Origin: an uncultured Clostridia bacterium
GTDB taxonomy: Bacteria > Bacillota > Clostridia > TANB77 > CAG-508
Length of the DNA stretch: 64,000 nt
Reading direction: 5' to 3'
Assembly (NCBI GenBank): GCA_947626735.1
Contig: CANQTK010000004.1
Span: 2,422 to 66,421, forward strand
The notes beneath the pieces were generated by a model. The model had not been told where the DNA came from and ran no database searches. It saw nothing but the letters and a program-made list of their open reading frames with translations. Below are positions 1 to 7,817 of this stretch, piece by piece (position 1 is the stretch's first letter; each line of letters begins with the position of its first letter). A program made the translations under genes and the position numbers.

Positions 1-552
1 ATAGCAGAACTGATAGAAAAAAGACAAAAAGCAGTACAAGGGGAAAAAACAAAATATAATGATTTGTGTTGCATTGCCATCACACAAGATTTTGTGAATC
101 AATTAATTCATAATGAAGAGTTGCTAGAAAAGTTAAATATTTCACTAATACAAGATGGATACAAGCATAAAGAAAAACAAAATGGATATCTTGCAGAACA
201 TGTAAAATTTTGTTATAGAGATCATCCTGAGTACATTTTTGAACTTCAACTTCGTTCTCTCTATCGTGAAGATATATCGAGAGCCAATGGAAAAGCAGCA
301 CATGATAAAAGATCTGGCAAAAAAAGAGTATTTCCTAGTGCAACCAATAAGAAAACTTTTCTTGAAAAATTACAGTCTATGGTTCCTAACTATACCCTAT
401 TAAAATATGATTATCATAAAAATGAATATTATATTCATAAATGTACTTTAGCAGAAAATATGTTAGAATATTATTTGGGCTATATTACCTTAGATTCAGA
501 AGAATATGTAAAGGTAATGAAATATCTTGAAGAAGAAAGTGTACAAAAATAG
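1..552 (+). CDS. RelA/SpoT-domain nucleotidyltransferase-like protein, C-terminal part (5' end outside window)
   Basis: Frame 1 is open from base 1 into the listed ORF 64..552. The motif order DLCCIAIT ... KQNGYLAEH ... FELQLRS ... AAHDKRSGKK resembles the small alarmone synthetase core (DxxGxRxI, GYxSxH, EIQIRT, H..YK). Judged by eye only. Confidence 0.4.
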   Translation: MAELIEKRQKAVQGEKTKYNDLCCIAITQDFVNQLIHNEELLEKLNISLIQDGYKHKEKQNGYLAEHVKFCYRDHPEYIFELQLRSLYREDISRANGKAAHDKRSGKKRVFPSATNKKTFLEKLQSMVPNYTLLKYDYHKNEYYIHKCTLAENMLEYYLGYITLDSEEYVKVMKYLEEESVQK

Positions 553-582
553 GCGATATGAATGATTCATATCGTCTATTTT

Positions 583-1305
583 TTAAGATAATTTCACAAT
601 GGCATGTAATGTTTTTTCATCTTCTGATTTTATCGTAACAATATGCTCATGATTCATAGTAGTATAAAAACATTTTATTTTGTCGCCAAGATAACTACCA
701 GCCTTGTACATAATTTCCACATTATCAAAAGAAGCATTTTCAAAAACATCTTGTGGAAGTGCCTCATAAGCCAAATCTAAATAACACAAATTATGCATAT
801 GACCATTAATATCAATATCTCTTCTTTGCACCGTATATTCAAAAGTAAGCTTATTTTCTTCGGGTTCTTTTAATTTGTCAAAGGTAAAATTCTCAAAAAC
901 AGCTCTATCTTCGGTTTGATATTTTTCTAATAATTCATCGGTAAGACGTATTAAGCCTTTTTCTAAATGAATTAAAGTCCATTTGGAAGTGCCAATTGCG
1001 CAAAGTTCATGATTTTGATTATAAACTTCATAATCACGATAGCAACAAGCACGAACAGCACCTCTAGACCAAGTTTTTACGTGAATGGTGTCGCCATATT
1101 TCAATCTCTTTAACACTTTCATTTTCCAATGAAGTAAAACCCAACTAATTCTTGTTTCTTCAATATCTTTTAAACCATAACCGGCAAGATCAGAATGAAA
1201 ACCACCAATATCCTCAAAAAAACCAAATAAGGCTTTATTGGTAAGGCTTGTATTTTTATCAATATCACGAATACTAAAATCAAAAGTATGCTCAATATAT
1301 GCCAT
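583..1305 (-). CDS. acyl-ACP thioesterase family protein
   Basis: 240 aa double hot-dog layout typical of acyl-ACP thioesterases (ISWVLLHWKMKVLKRLKYGDTIHVKTWS ... RRDIDINGHMHN). RBS aggagg lies upstream of the ATG at 1305. Confidence 0.8.
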   Translation of the reverse strand: MAYIEHTFDFSIRDIDKNTSLTNKALFGFFEDIGGFHSDLAGYGLKDIEETRISWVLLHWKMKVLKRLKYGDTIHVKTWSRGAVRACCYRDYEVYNQNHELCAIGTSKWTLIHLEKGLIRLTDELLEKYQTEDRAVFENFTFDKLKEPEENKLTFEYTVQRRDIDINGHMHNLCYLDLAYEALPQDVFENASFDNVEIMYKAGSYLGDKIKCFYTTMNHEHIVTIKSEDEKTLHAIVKLS

Positions 1306-1455
1306 TTTTTTATTCCTCCTTTTCCAAACTTTTCCTATTATAACACAAAAATAGAAAAAGAGATAGATTTATAAGAAAAAATGTAGTAAAATACTTTTTG
1401 TTAGACAATAGATTTTACAAGAAATTGTATTTTAATAAAACTTATAAAAAATGGC

Positions 1456-1483
1456 AAGAAAAAAATCCTCAAAAGAGGATTTT
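1456..1483 (-). terminator. intrinsic terminator downstream of small ORF 1498..1635
   Basis: Stem aaatcctc / gaggattt (1463..1482) with a 4-nt loop, followed on the minus strand by a T-run (the complement of 1455..1462 is A-rich). Confidence 0.6.
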
Positions 1484-1497
1484 AATCATCGTAAGAG

Positions 1498-1635
1498 TCA
1501 GCCAGCCTTATTAACAAGGCAAAAACCGCCTAATGCTATAACAATAACAGAAAGTGAGTCTTTTGTAAAAGCAACGACAGCAATAGATATCGCAGCTACT
1601 GCTAAATAACCTAAACCTCTGTTGATATTTTTCAT
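1498..1635 (-). CDS. small hydrophobic protein (45 aa), absent from the ORF track
   Basis: atg at 1635 is preceded by taaggagg at good spacing. It translates to MKNINRGLGYLAVAAISIAVVAFTKDSLSVIVIALGGFCLVNKAG (two hydrophobic segments) and has its own terminator. Confidence 0.45.
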   Translation of the reverse strand: MKNINRGLGYLAVAAISIAVVAFTKDSLSVIVIALGGFCLVNKAG

Positions 1636-1767
1636 AAAGTAGCCTCCTTAGAGATGTTGTGGCTAGAATTATAAATAATAATTCTATGAATAAATAGTTA
1701 CTTTATAAAATATACAATATTTAACATAAAAAGTCAATAGATAAAATAGAAACGAAAGAGTTAATGT

Positions 1768-2703
1768 ATGTCATATAAAAGAAAAAATAAAAAGAAAGAA
1801 GAAAATAGTATGTTAGAACCATTAGAAAAATGTAAGATTTGTCCAAGAGAATGTAAAGTAAATAGAAGAAGCGGGAAGGTAGGAAATTGCAATGCTACAG
1901 ACAAAATAGAAATTGCATTAGTTTCCCTTCATCATTACGAAGAACCTTGTATTAGTGGAAAAAATGGTTCTGGTACAATTTTCTTTTGCCATTGCAATTT
2001 ACATTGTATGTTTTGCCAAAACTATGAGATAAGTCAAAATAAAGTAAAGGGAAGAGAAGTTACCATAGAAGAATTAGCAGAAATGATGCTTAAGCAACAA
2101 AAGCAAAAAGCAGAAAATATTAACTTAGTAACGCCTACTATGTATGCTTATCAAATTAAAGAAGCCATAAAAATAGCAAGAAAAAAAGGCTTAACGATTC
2201 CGATTATTTATAATTCCAATGGATATGAAAAAGTAGAAACTTTGAAAGACTTAGAAGGTTATATTGATGTGTATTTGCCAGATTTTAAATATTATTCAAA
2301 TGAAATGGCAGAAAAATATTCTAAAGCACCAAACTATTTTGAGGTAGCAAGCAAAGCGATTTTAGAAATGATAAGACAGGTAGGAAAGCCAATATTGAAT
2401 GAGAAAGGCATGATACAAAAAGGAGTTATGATAAGGCATTTAGTGCTTCCTAATCATTTGCAAAATTCCAAAAATGTTTTAAAGTGGCTAAAAGAAAATA
2501 TTCCAGAAGATATTTATATAAATGTAATGGCACAATATTTCCCAACTTATCTTGCAAAGCAAGATGAACCAATGAACCGAAAATTAACGAAAAAAGAATA
2601 TCAAGAAATTGAGCAATATTTTTATTTGTTAGATTTTAAAAATGGCTATATGCAAGAATTAGGGGAGCATGAGGAGGAATATGTTCCAGTTTGGGACAAT
2701 TAG
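1768..2703 (+). CDS. radical SAM protein, PflX-like (pyruvate formate-lyase activase-related)
   Basis: CNLHCMFCQN is a CxxxCxxC radical SAM cluster motif, and the N-terminal CKICPRECKVNRRSGKVGNC is typical of the PflX/COG1313 type. The start could instead be the Met at 1810. Confidence 0.75.
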   Translation: MSYKRKNKKKEENSMLEPLEKCKICPRECKVNRRSGKVGNCNATDKIEIALVSLHHYEEPCISGKNGSGTIFFCHCNLHCMFCQNYEISQNKVKGREVTIEELAEMMLKQQKQKAENINLVTPTMYAYQIKEAIKIARKKGLTIPIIYNSNGYEKVETLKDLEGYIDVYLPDFKYYSNEMAEKYSKAPNYFEVASKAILEMIRQVGKPILNEKGMIQKGVMIRHLVLPNHLQNSKNVLKWLKENIPEDIYINVMAQYFPTYLAKQDEPMNRKLTKKEYQEIEQYFYLLDFKNGYMQELGEHEEEYVPVWDN

Positions 2704-2760
2704 GGACAATTCCCAATTATTCCGGTTGAGACAATTTGTACTAACCTTCTTCATATAGAT

Positions 2761-2800
2761 AAACAAAGAAGTATCCTTTTTTAGGATACTTCTTTGTTTA
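2761..2800. terminator. bidirectional intrinsic terminator between the radical SAM gene and thyA
   Basis: Perfect 17-bp stem aaacaaagaagtatcct / aggatacttctttgttt with a T5 loop, A-rich on the left and T-rich on the right. It sits between convergent genes. Confidence 0.8.
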
Positions 2801-2807
2801 TTTGCGA

Positions 2808-3689
2808 TTACGCTTTTACCACACCTGTTAACTTACCAAGGTGCTGGTAACCTTCCAGACGAATGTCTTTTAATTCCTTAGAATTGTCGAAAGCGTAGAA
2901 ATCATCTACTTCAGGATTGAGCCACAACTTAGGTGCCGGCAGAGCATCCTTTCTACGTTTTAACATTTCCTTAATCTGCTCGACATGCTCCTCGTAGATA
3001 TGCGTATCTACCATATTGTAGTGCATTTCACCGGGTTTAAGTCCAGTAACATGTGCCAACATATAGGTTAAGGCAGCATACTGCGTAATGTTAAACGGAA
3101 CGCCAAGGAAGATATCACATGAGCGCTGCTCTACGAAAGTGTAAAGCTTTCCATCTAACACAAGAAATTGCACCTTATACACGCAAGGAGGTAACACAGC
3201 CTTGTTAAAGAACGGGGGTTGCCACATCGAGATGATATTGCGCCTGTCAGCCGGATTGTGCAATATTTTATCAATAGCAGCATCCATCTGGTCTTCAGCA
3301 CCTTTTTCACCACCGTTGGCTATAATGTAGCCATAACTAGTACCAATGGTGCCAGCCCATTCCTTGCCAAAGAAGGTCTCCTGACCATTATCCGGGTTGC
3401 GATAAATACCATCTTCGCTGATTTCGAATTTATCCCAGATTTTAATCCCTCTTTTACGCAGCCAATCCACATAGATACATTTCTGCTGATAAATCCACAG
3501 CATTTCCAAGATAGCCGTTTTCCAAGCTACCTGCTTGGTAGTAAGAATAGGAAACTCCTCTGCTAAATCGAAAATCCAGTGGTTACCAGCAATCCGGTAG
3601 GTAATGCCGTTTCTTGCTTTTGTTTTGACACCATGATTTAAGATTTTTTCACAGGTGTCTAAGTACATTTGGTCAAATTGTGACATCAT
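2808..3689 (-). CDS. thyA: thymidylate synthase (ThyA family, E. coli/ThyB-like core with an insertion), GC-rich copy
   Basis: EFPILTTKQVAWKTAILEMLWIY, catalytic-Cys region PPCVYKVQF, QRSCDIFLGVPFNITQYAALTYMLA and DTHIYEEH. G+C is much higher than the flanks (28/60 in lines 2881 and 3241). Confidence 0.9.
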   Translation of the reverse strand: MMSQFDQMYLDTCEKILNHGVKTKARNGITYRIAGNHWIFDLAEEFPILTTKQVAWKTAILEMLWIYQQKCIYVDWLRKRGIKIWDKFEISEDGIYRNPDNGQETFFGKEWAGTIGTSYGYIIANGGEKGAEDQMDAAIDKILHNPADRRNIISMWQPPFFNKAVLPPCVYKVQFLVLDGKLYTFVEQRSCDIFLGVPFNITQYAALTYMLAHVTGLKPGEMHYNMVDTHIYEEHVEQIKEMLKRRKDALPAPKLWLNPEVDDFYAFDNSKELKDIRLEGYQHLGKLTGVVKA

Positions 3690-3816
3690 TTTCTCCTTTC
3701 TATTAGTTAATAAAAAGAAACAAGTGAATACGTTACGTTACAAAAGATATCACAAAAATTAACATAAGTCAATCTTATTATGGTAATTTATTGTAGAAAT
3801 TTGATGAAAAAATGAC

Positions 3817-3845
3817 TTTACAAAAAAAAAGGCTTGTGATATGAT
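3817..3845 (+). promoter_or_regulatory. sigma-A-like promoter for thyA-folA
   Basis: TTTACA (3817..3822), 17-nt spacer, TATGAT (3840..3845) with an upstream TG (extended -10). About 30 nt upstream of the RBS aaaggagagg. Confidence 0.45.
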
Positions 3846-3876
3846 TTGAAAAAAGAAAAAAAGGAGAGGATTTCAT

Positions 3877-4734
3877 ATGACGCAAGCCGATATGCATTTT
3901 ATTGAAACATGCAAACGTATTATAAAAGAAGGTTATTCATCTGAAGGAACTGGTGTTAGAACCAGATGGGAAGATGGAGCAGAAGCAAATTATATTTCCT
4001 TAGTTGGTGTTACCAACGTCTATGATGTAGGAAAAGAATTTCCTATGATTACTCTTAGAAATAATAGCCAAACCGTAAAAAGAGCCATTGACGAAATTTT
4101 ATGGATTTGGCAAAAAAAATCAAATAATGTCCATGAGTTAAATTCTCATATATGGGACCAATGGGCAGGAGAAGATGGTACAATTGGAAAAGCTTATGGT
4201 TACCAAATGGCAAAAAAATACCAATTTAAAACCAAAGAAGGAATCAAAGAAATGGATCAAGTCGATTTTGCTTTGTATCTACTTAAAAATGATCCAGCAA
4301 GTCGTCGTATTGTAACCAATATCTTCGTACATGAAGATTTAAAAGATATGAATTTAGAGCCTTGTGCTTATTCAACACAATGGCTTGTAAAAGGTGGTAA
4401 ATTACATTTAATTTTAAATCAACGTTCCCAAGATATGCTTGCAGCAAATGGATGGAACACGATGCAATATGCAGCACTTTTATGTATGTTTGCACAAGTA
4501 GCAGGATTAGAAGTAGGAACATTAACACATAACATAGGAGACTGCCATATTTATGATAGACATATTCCATTAATTGAAAAATTAATTGAAGCAGAGCCAA
4601 TGGATGTATGTCCAAAATTAGTCATTCATAATCCAACGAAAAACTTCTATGACTTCAAAGTAGAAGACTTTGAAGTTGTAGGATATGACTATAATAAAGA
4701 TATCAAACTTGGAAAAATACCAGTTGCTATATAA
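3877..4734 (+). CDS. thyA: thymidylate synthase (ThyA family, B. subtilis ThyA / L. casei-like type)
   Basis: EFPMITLR, ILWIWQKKSNNVHELNSHIWDQWAGEDGTIGKAYGYQ, EPCAYSTQWLVKGGKLHLILNQRSQDM and IGDCHIYDRHI closely follow the B. subtilis ThyA pattern. G+C matches the host (17/60 in line 4021). Confidence 0.9.
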   Translation: MTQADMHFIETCKRIIKEGYSSEGTGVRTRWEDGAEANYISLVGVTNVYDVGKEFPMITLRNNSQTVKRAIDEILWIWQKKSNNVHELNSHIWDQWAGEDGTIGKAYGYQMAKKYQFKTKEGIKEMDQVDFALYLLKNDPASRRIVTNIFVHEDLKDMNLEPCAYSTQWLVKGGKLHLILNQRSQDMLAANGWNTMQYAALLCMFAQVAGLEVGTLTHNIGDCHIYDRHIPLIEKLIEAEPMDVCPKLVIHNPTKNFYDFKVEDFEVVGYDYNKDIKLGKIPVAI

Positions 4735-4843
4735 AAAATGTCTCTTTGGGGACGTTTCCTAAAGAGACATTTTAAATAAAATATCTTTTAGGAAATGTTT
4801 GTTACTTACGGGAAACCAAGTAAAATTTAAGGAGAAAAAGAAA

Positions 4844-5332
4844 ATGTTAAGTATTATTGTAGCCGTTGCAGAAAACAATATTATTGGAAAAGATAATCAA
4901 CTAATTTGGCATTTACCAGAAGATTTAAAAAGGTTTAAAAAACTAACCACAGGTCATACTATTATTATGGGAAGAAAAACTTTTGAATCCTTAGGAAGAG
5001 TTTTACCAAACAGAAAGCATATTATTCTTTGCAATGATATGGAAATGAAGATTAATCATGAAAATGTAGAAGTTTTAGAAGATATTGCAATGTTAAAACC
5101 ATATATTGATTCTAAAGAAGAAAACTTTGTCATTGGTGGTGCAACTATTTATAAGTTATTAATGCCTTATGCGAATAAATTATATTTAACAAAAATTCAT
5201 CAGTCATTTGAAGGAGATGTTTCTTTTCCAGAAGTAAAAGAAGAAGAGTGGAAAATAGTAGAACGCGAAAAGGGATTAAAAAATGAAGAAAATCCATTTG
5301 ATTATGACTATATTACATTAATAAGAAAGTAA
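4844..5332 (+). CDS. folA: dihydrofolate reductase
   Basis: MLSIIVAVAENNIIGKDNQLIWHLPEDLKRFKKLTTGHTIIMGRKTFES is the DHFR signature. RBS aaggag lies upstream of the ATG at 4844, so the listed start at 4799 is an over-extension. Confidence 0.9.
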   Translation: MLSIIVAVAENNIIGKDNQLIWHLPEDLKRFKKLTTGHTIIMGRKTFESLGRVLPNRKHIILCNDMEMKINHENVEVLEDIAMLKPYIDSKEENFVIGGATIYKLLMPYANKLYLTKIHQSFEGDVSFPEVKEEEWKIVEREKGLKNEENPFDYDYITLIRK

Positions 5333-5362
5333 AATATTTAAACAAAGAAAAGAGGAAAAGAA

Positions 5363-5695
5363 ATGAATGTATATGATACAGCGAATCGTTTAGCACAAGA
5401 AATAAAAGCTTCGGAAGAATACACAAAATATAAGGAAGCAAAACAAAAAATAGAAGAAAATCAAGAGTTAAAAATAAAGGTAGAAGAATTTGAAAAAACA
5501 CGTTATGATGTACAAGTTTTAGCAATGCAAGGAAAAGAAGTAGAAGAAGAAAAAAATAAAAAATTGCAAGAAATGTATACCGTTTTAATTCAAAATAAAG
5601 AAATTAAAGAATATTTTGATTTAGAAGTGAAATTTAATGTTATGTTAGCGGATGTTAATAAAATCATAGCAGAGTCTGTTCAAGATGTATTATAA
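5363..5695 (+). CDS. YlbF/YmcA (UPF0342) family regulatory protein
   Basis: 110 aa helical protein. MNVYDTANRLAQEIKASEEYTKYKEAK matches the family N-terminus as I recall it. Confidence 0.6.
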   Translation: MNVYDTANRLAQEIKASEEYTKYKEAKQKIEENQELKIKVEEFEKTRYDVQVLAMQGKEVEEEKNKKLQEMYTVLIQNKEIKEYFDLEVKFNVMLADVNKIIAESVQDVL

Positions 5696-5705
5696 TGTCG
5701 AAAAA

Positions 5706-5741
5706 AGTCGTAAATGATAAAAAAGCATTTACGACTTTTTA
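5706..5741 (+). terminator. intrinsic terminator
   Basis: Stem agtcgtaaatg / catttacgact followed by ttttt. Confidence 0.8.
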
Positions 5742-5867
5742 TTTAAAGCAATTTCTAAATAATTTAGAAAAATTTTTAAACAAGACAAGAAGAAAAAGAA
5801 TACATATTAGAAAAAAATAGAAGAATTTTAGTAAATTAGAAATAACGAAAGAAAAAGGAGAAATAAA

Positions 5868-6584
5868 ATGGGATATATTATAATTTTAGTAATGTTAATT
5901 TTAATGATTATTGTAGGTTTTTTTATTTTTCATATTCAAATAAAAGAAATGAAAAAGGCAGGTCACCACAAAAAATTAGATGAAATAACGAGTAGATTTC
6001 CAGAAAATAAAGAAATTTGCAAAGCAATTTTAGAAAAATTAAAAAATACAAAAGTAAAAATAAAAGAAAGTAGTGATAATCAAGCGCAAGCAAGCCTATA
6101 TATTGCGATTTCCAATACGATTTTTATTGCTAATATAAAAGACACTTATACTAGAATTCAAACGATTGCGCATGAATGCTTACATTCGGTGCAAAGCAAA
6201 AGACTTCTATTATTTAATTTTATTTATTCCAATATTTATCTTTTCTATTTTGTCTTAAGTATCATTTTAACCATATTAGGAATTTTCAAAGACATTAAAT
6301 TACAAATTATTATTTTAAGTTTATTAACTTTTTTTTATTATGTAATAAGGTCTTTCTTAGAAACAGACGCTATGACAAAAGCACCATATTTGGCAAAAGA
6401 ATATATGCTAGATTATATTGAAAAAAATCCTATTTGCACAAAAGAAGAAGTAGAAGAAATAGTAGAAGAATATAAAAGGATAAATCATTTAGGCATTCCA
6501 GCATACAATTATATTTTAATGGCAAATTGTATAGTAAAAGTGATTATTTATACGGTAGTGGCAGTGGTTAAAAATTTGTTTTGA
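5868..6584 (+). CDS. membrane protein with HExxH motif (putative zinc metalloprotease-like)
   Basis: N-terminal TM segment, AHECLHS (HExxH), then several C-terminal TM segments. RBS aaaggag. Function unproven. Confidence 0.5.
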   Translation: MGYIIILVMLILMIIVGFFIFHIQIKEMKKAGHHKKLDEITSRFPENKEICKAILEKLKNTKVKIKESSDNQAQASLYIAISNTIFIANIKDTYTRIQTIAHECLHSVQSKRLLLFNFIYSNIYLFYFVLSIILTILGIFKDIKLQIIILSLLTFFYYVIRSFLETDAMTKAPYLAKEYMLDYIEKNPICTKEEVEEIVEEYKRINHLGIPAYNYILMANCIVKVIIYTVVAVVKNLF

Positions 6585-6674
6585 AAAATGATTTGAAATT
6601 TATCATGCTAAAATTGACATAACTTAAAAACAATAGTATAATAATTACATAAAATATTTTAGGAGGCAATCATT

Positions 6675-7088
6675 ATGGGAGAGCGGATAACGATTTCTTT
6701 TGAAATGGAAAAAGAGGATATTTTTGCTATGTATTTGCAGGGCAGCGCGTCAGAAGAATTTGATAAGTTCTTAAAAGAAACTTTTTCTTCTTTCTTCCAC
6801 ATACATGCTCAAAATATAAAGCATAATCTTGAAGTTGCAAAGCAAGAAATGGAGGAGAAAGAAATAGAAAAAGTGACCTTGAACTATTTAAAAGCTTCAA
6901 TTGCTAAGCAGGATATGGAAGATTTACAAATAGCAGCTTTTAAAGAAATGTTTAAGGAGGGTTTTATAAACAAAAAGGAGCCTAATGAGGCAGTAAGAGA
7001 TTCTCTGCAAACAATTTCCGTTATGATTATAGCAGAAAAAATAAAAGCCGACTTAAGAAGCCGATATTTGTTTAGCAAAGTATCCTAA
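6675..7088 (+). CDS. hypothetical protein
   Basis: 137 aa ORF with a strong RBS aggagg 7 nt upstream and a terminator downstream. No family recognised. Codon 4 is an in-frame CGG. Confidence 0.55.
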   Translation: MGERITISFEMEKEDIFAMYLQGSASEEFDKFLKETFSSFFHIHAQNIKHNLEVAKQEMEEKEIEKVTLNYLKASIAKQDMEDLQIAAFKEMFKEGFINKKEPNEAVRDSLQTISVMIIAEKIKADLRSRYLFSKVS

Positions 7089-7097
7089 AGCAAACCT

Positions 7098-7131
7098 AAA
7101 AAGTAGAGTTCAAAATGAGCTCTACTTTTTT
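7098..7131 (+). terminator. intrinsic terminator after ORF 6675..7088
   Basis: Stem aaaaagtagag(ttc) / (gag)ctctacttttt followed by a T-run. Confidence 0.7.
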
Positions 7132-7179
7132 ATCTAGTACGGAAAGTTCTCCTTGAAGGAGGACTTTCCGTACTAGATA
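7131..7179 (+). other. long near-perfect hairpin (22-bp stem) holding an SD-like sequence
   Basis: tatctagtacggaaagttctcc - ttgaa - ggaggactttccgtactagata, with a single T-G wobble. gaaggagga pairs with ttctcctt. Confidence 0.6.
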
Positions 7180-7185
7180 AATATG

Positions 7186-7244
7186 GCGAGCCTTAGATTT
7201 TCTTAAAATTTTCATTTGTTAGAAAATCTTAGGCTCGCTTTTTT
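7186..7244 (+). terminator. strong hairpin plus T6 (terminator-like)
   Basis: gcgagccttagattttct / agaaaatcttaggctcgc (one mismatch), 17-nt loop, then tttttt. The T-run is present only on the plus strand. Confidence 0.65.
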
Positions 7245-7372
7245 CTATTATCCAGTTTTTTACTTATAAATATTGCTCTTTGCCAAAAATTGTGCTAAAA
7301 TATAATTCGTAACGCTAAAGTGCATTTGTATGCAGATTCAATCAATAAACTTATTGGTAGGAGGACAAAAAT

Positions 7373-7807
7373 ATGGAAAAAAAATTAAGGAGCATTAAAA
7401 ATTGGTTTACAATGGATCGGCTGGCAATCATAGTAGCAGTGCTACTCCCAATTGCAGTTATAATGATTGAAATTGTTGGTATAATGGGAGCAGTTATTGA
7501 AAAAAATTACTTCTTATTATCACTAATTAATTATTGGGTTATACTGCTAATAATGGCATGCTGTTTTAAGAAATGTTTCTTTAAAAGGCTAACTTATTAT
7601 TTAGTAAAAAGGCCACTCAGCACAAAATTAGTATTTTTTATTTTAGGAGTAAGTAGTATTATACTTTCCATTTGGTTCTTTGTAGCATTCTTACTTTGTA
7701 TTCCACAAGCCATGATTTATGGGGAATTTATGAGAGTAGAAGAAGAGGAGAAAGAAAAACTTTCCGACCTAGATTCTAAATTTTCAGAAAGTAAAAGAGA
7801 GGATTAA
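7373..7807 (+). CDS. hypothetical membrane protein
   Basis: 144 aa with 3-4 hydrophobic segments and an acidic tail. RBS ggtaggagg. Contains an in-frame CGG at 7418..7420. Confidence 0.55.
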   Translation: MEKKLRSIKNWFTMDRLAIIVAVLLPIAVIMIEIVGIMGAVIEKNYFLLSLINYWVILLIMACCFKKCFFKRLTYYLVKRPLSTKLVFFILGVSSIILSIWFFVAFLLCIPQAMIYGEFMRVEEEEKEKLSDLDSKFSESKRED

Positions 7808-7817
7808 AACCTCTCTT

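Noticed and set aside
2693-2712. 10-nt tandem duplication gggacaatta/gggacaattc at the stop codon of the radical SAM gene, considered as a truncating lesion.
   Set aside because: The protein already ends where PflX-like proteins usually end (...EEYVPVWDN). The hypothetical read-through tail has no recognisable similarity. The repeat is recorded but I cannot support a functional claim.
3219-3566. Long antisense ORFs in the six-frame track. Examples: 3219..3566 inside thyA, 4283..4615 inside the second thyA, 36968..37489 and 37559..37792 inside ftsY, 41138..41509 inside pgsA, 16226..16540 inside dprA, 54491..54838 inside the GT4 gene, 12358..12615, 14309..14539, 14541..14849, 17823..18167 and 40550..40966.
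   Set aside because: Each lies fully opposite, or overlapping, a gene with clear conserved motifs. They have low-complexity, Ser/Phe/Leu/Ile-rich translations and no RBS. They are shadow ORFs expected in AT-rich, purine-skewed coding DNA.
2808-3689. The GC-rich thyA islet as part of a mobile element or resistance transposon.
   Set aside because: No transposase, integrase, inverted terminal repeats or direct-repeat scars are recognisable on either side. Only compositional evidence supports horizontal origin.
7183-7206. The 7-codon ORF MASLRFS as a leader peptide of an attenuator.
   Set aside because: The only SD-like sequence is 20 nt upstream and buried in the 22-bp hairpin. There is no regulatory-codon pattern, and no downstream gene follows before a separate promoter-like sequence near 7273..7301.
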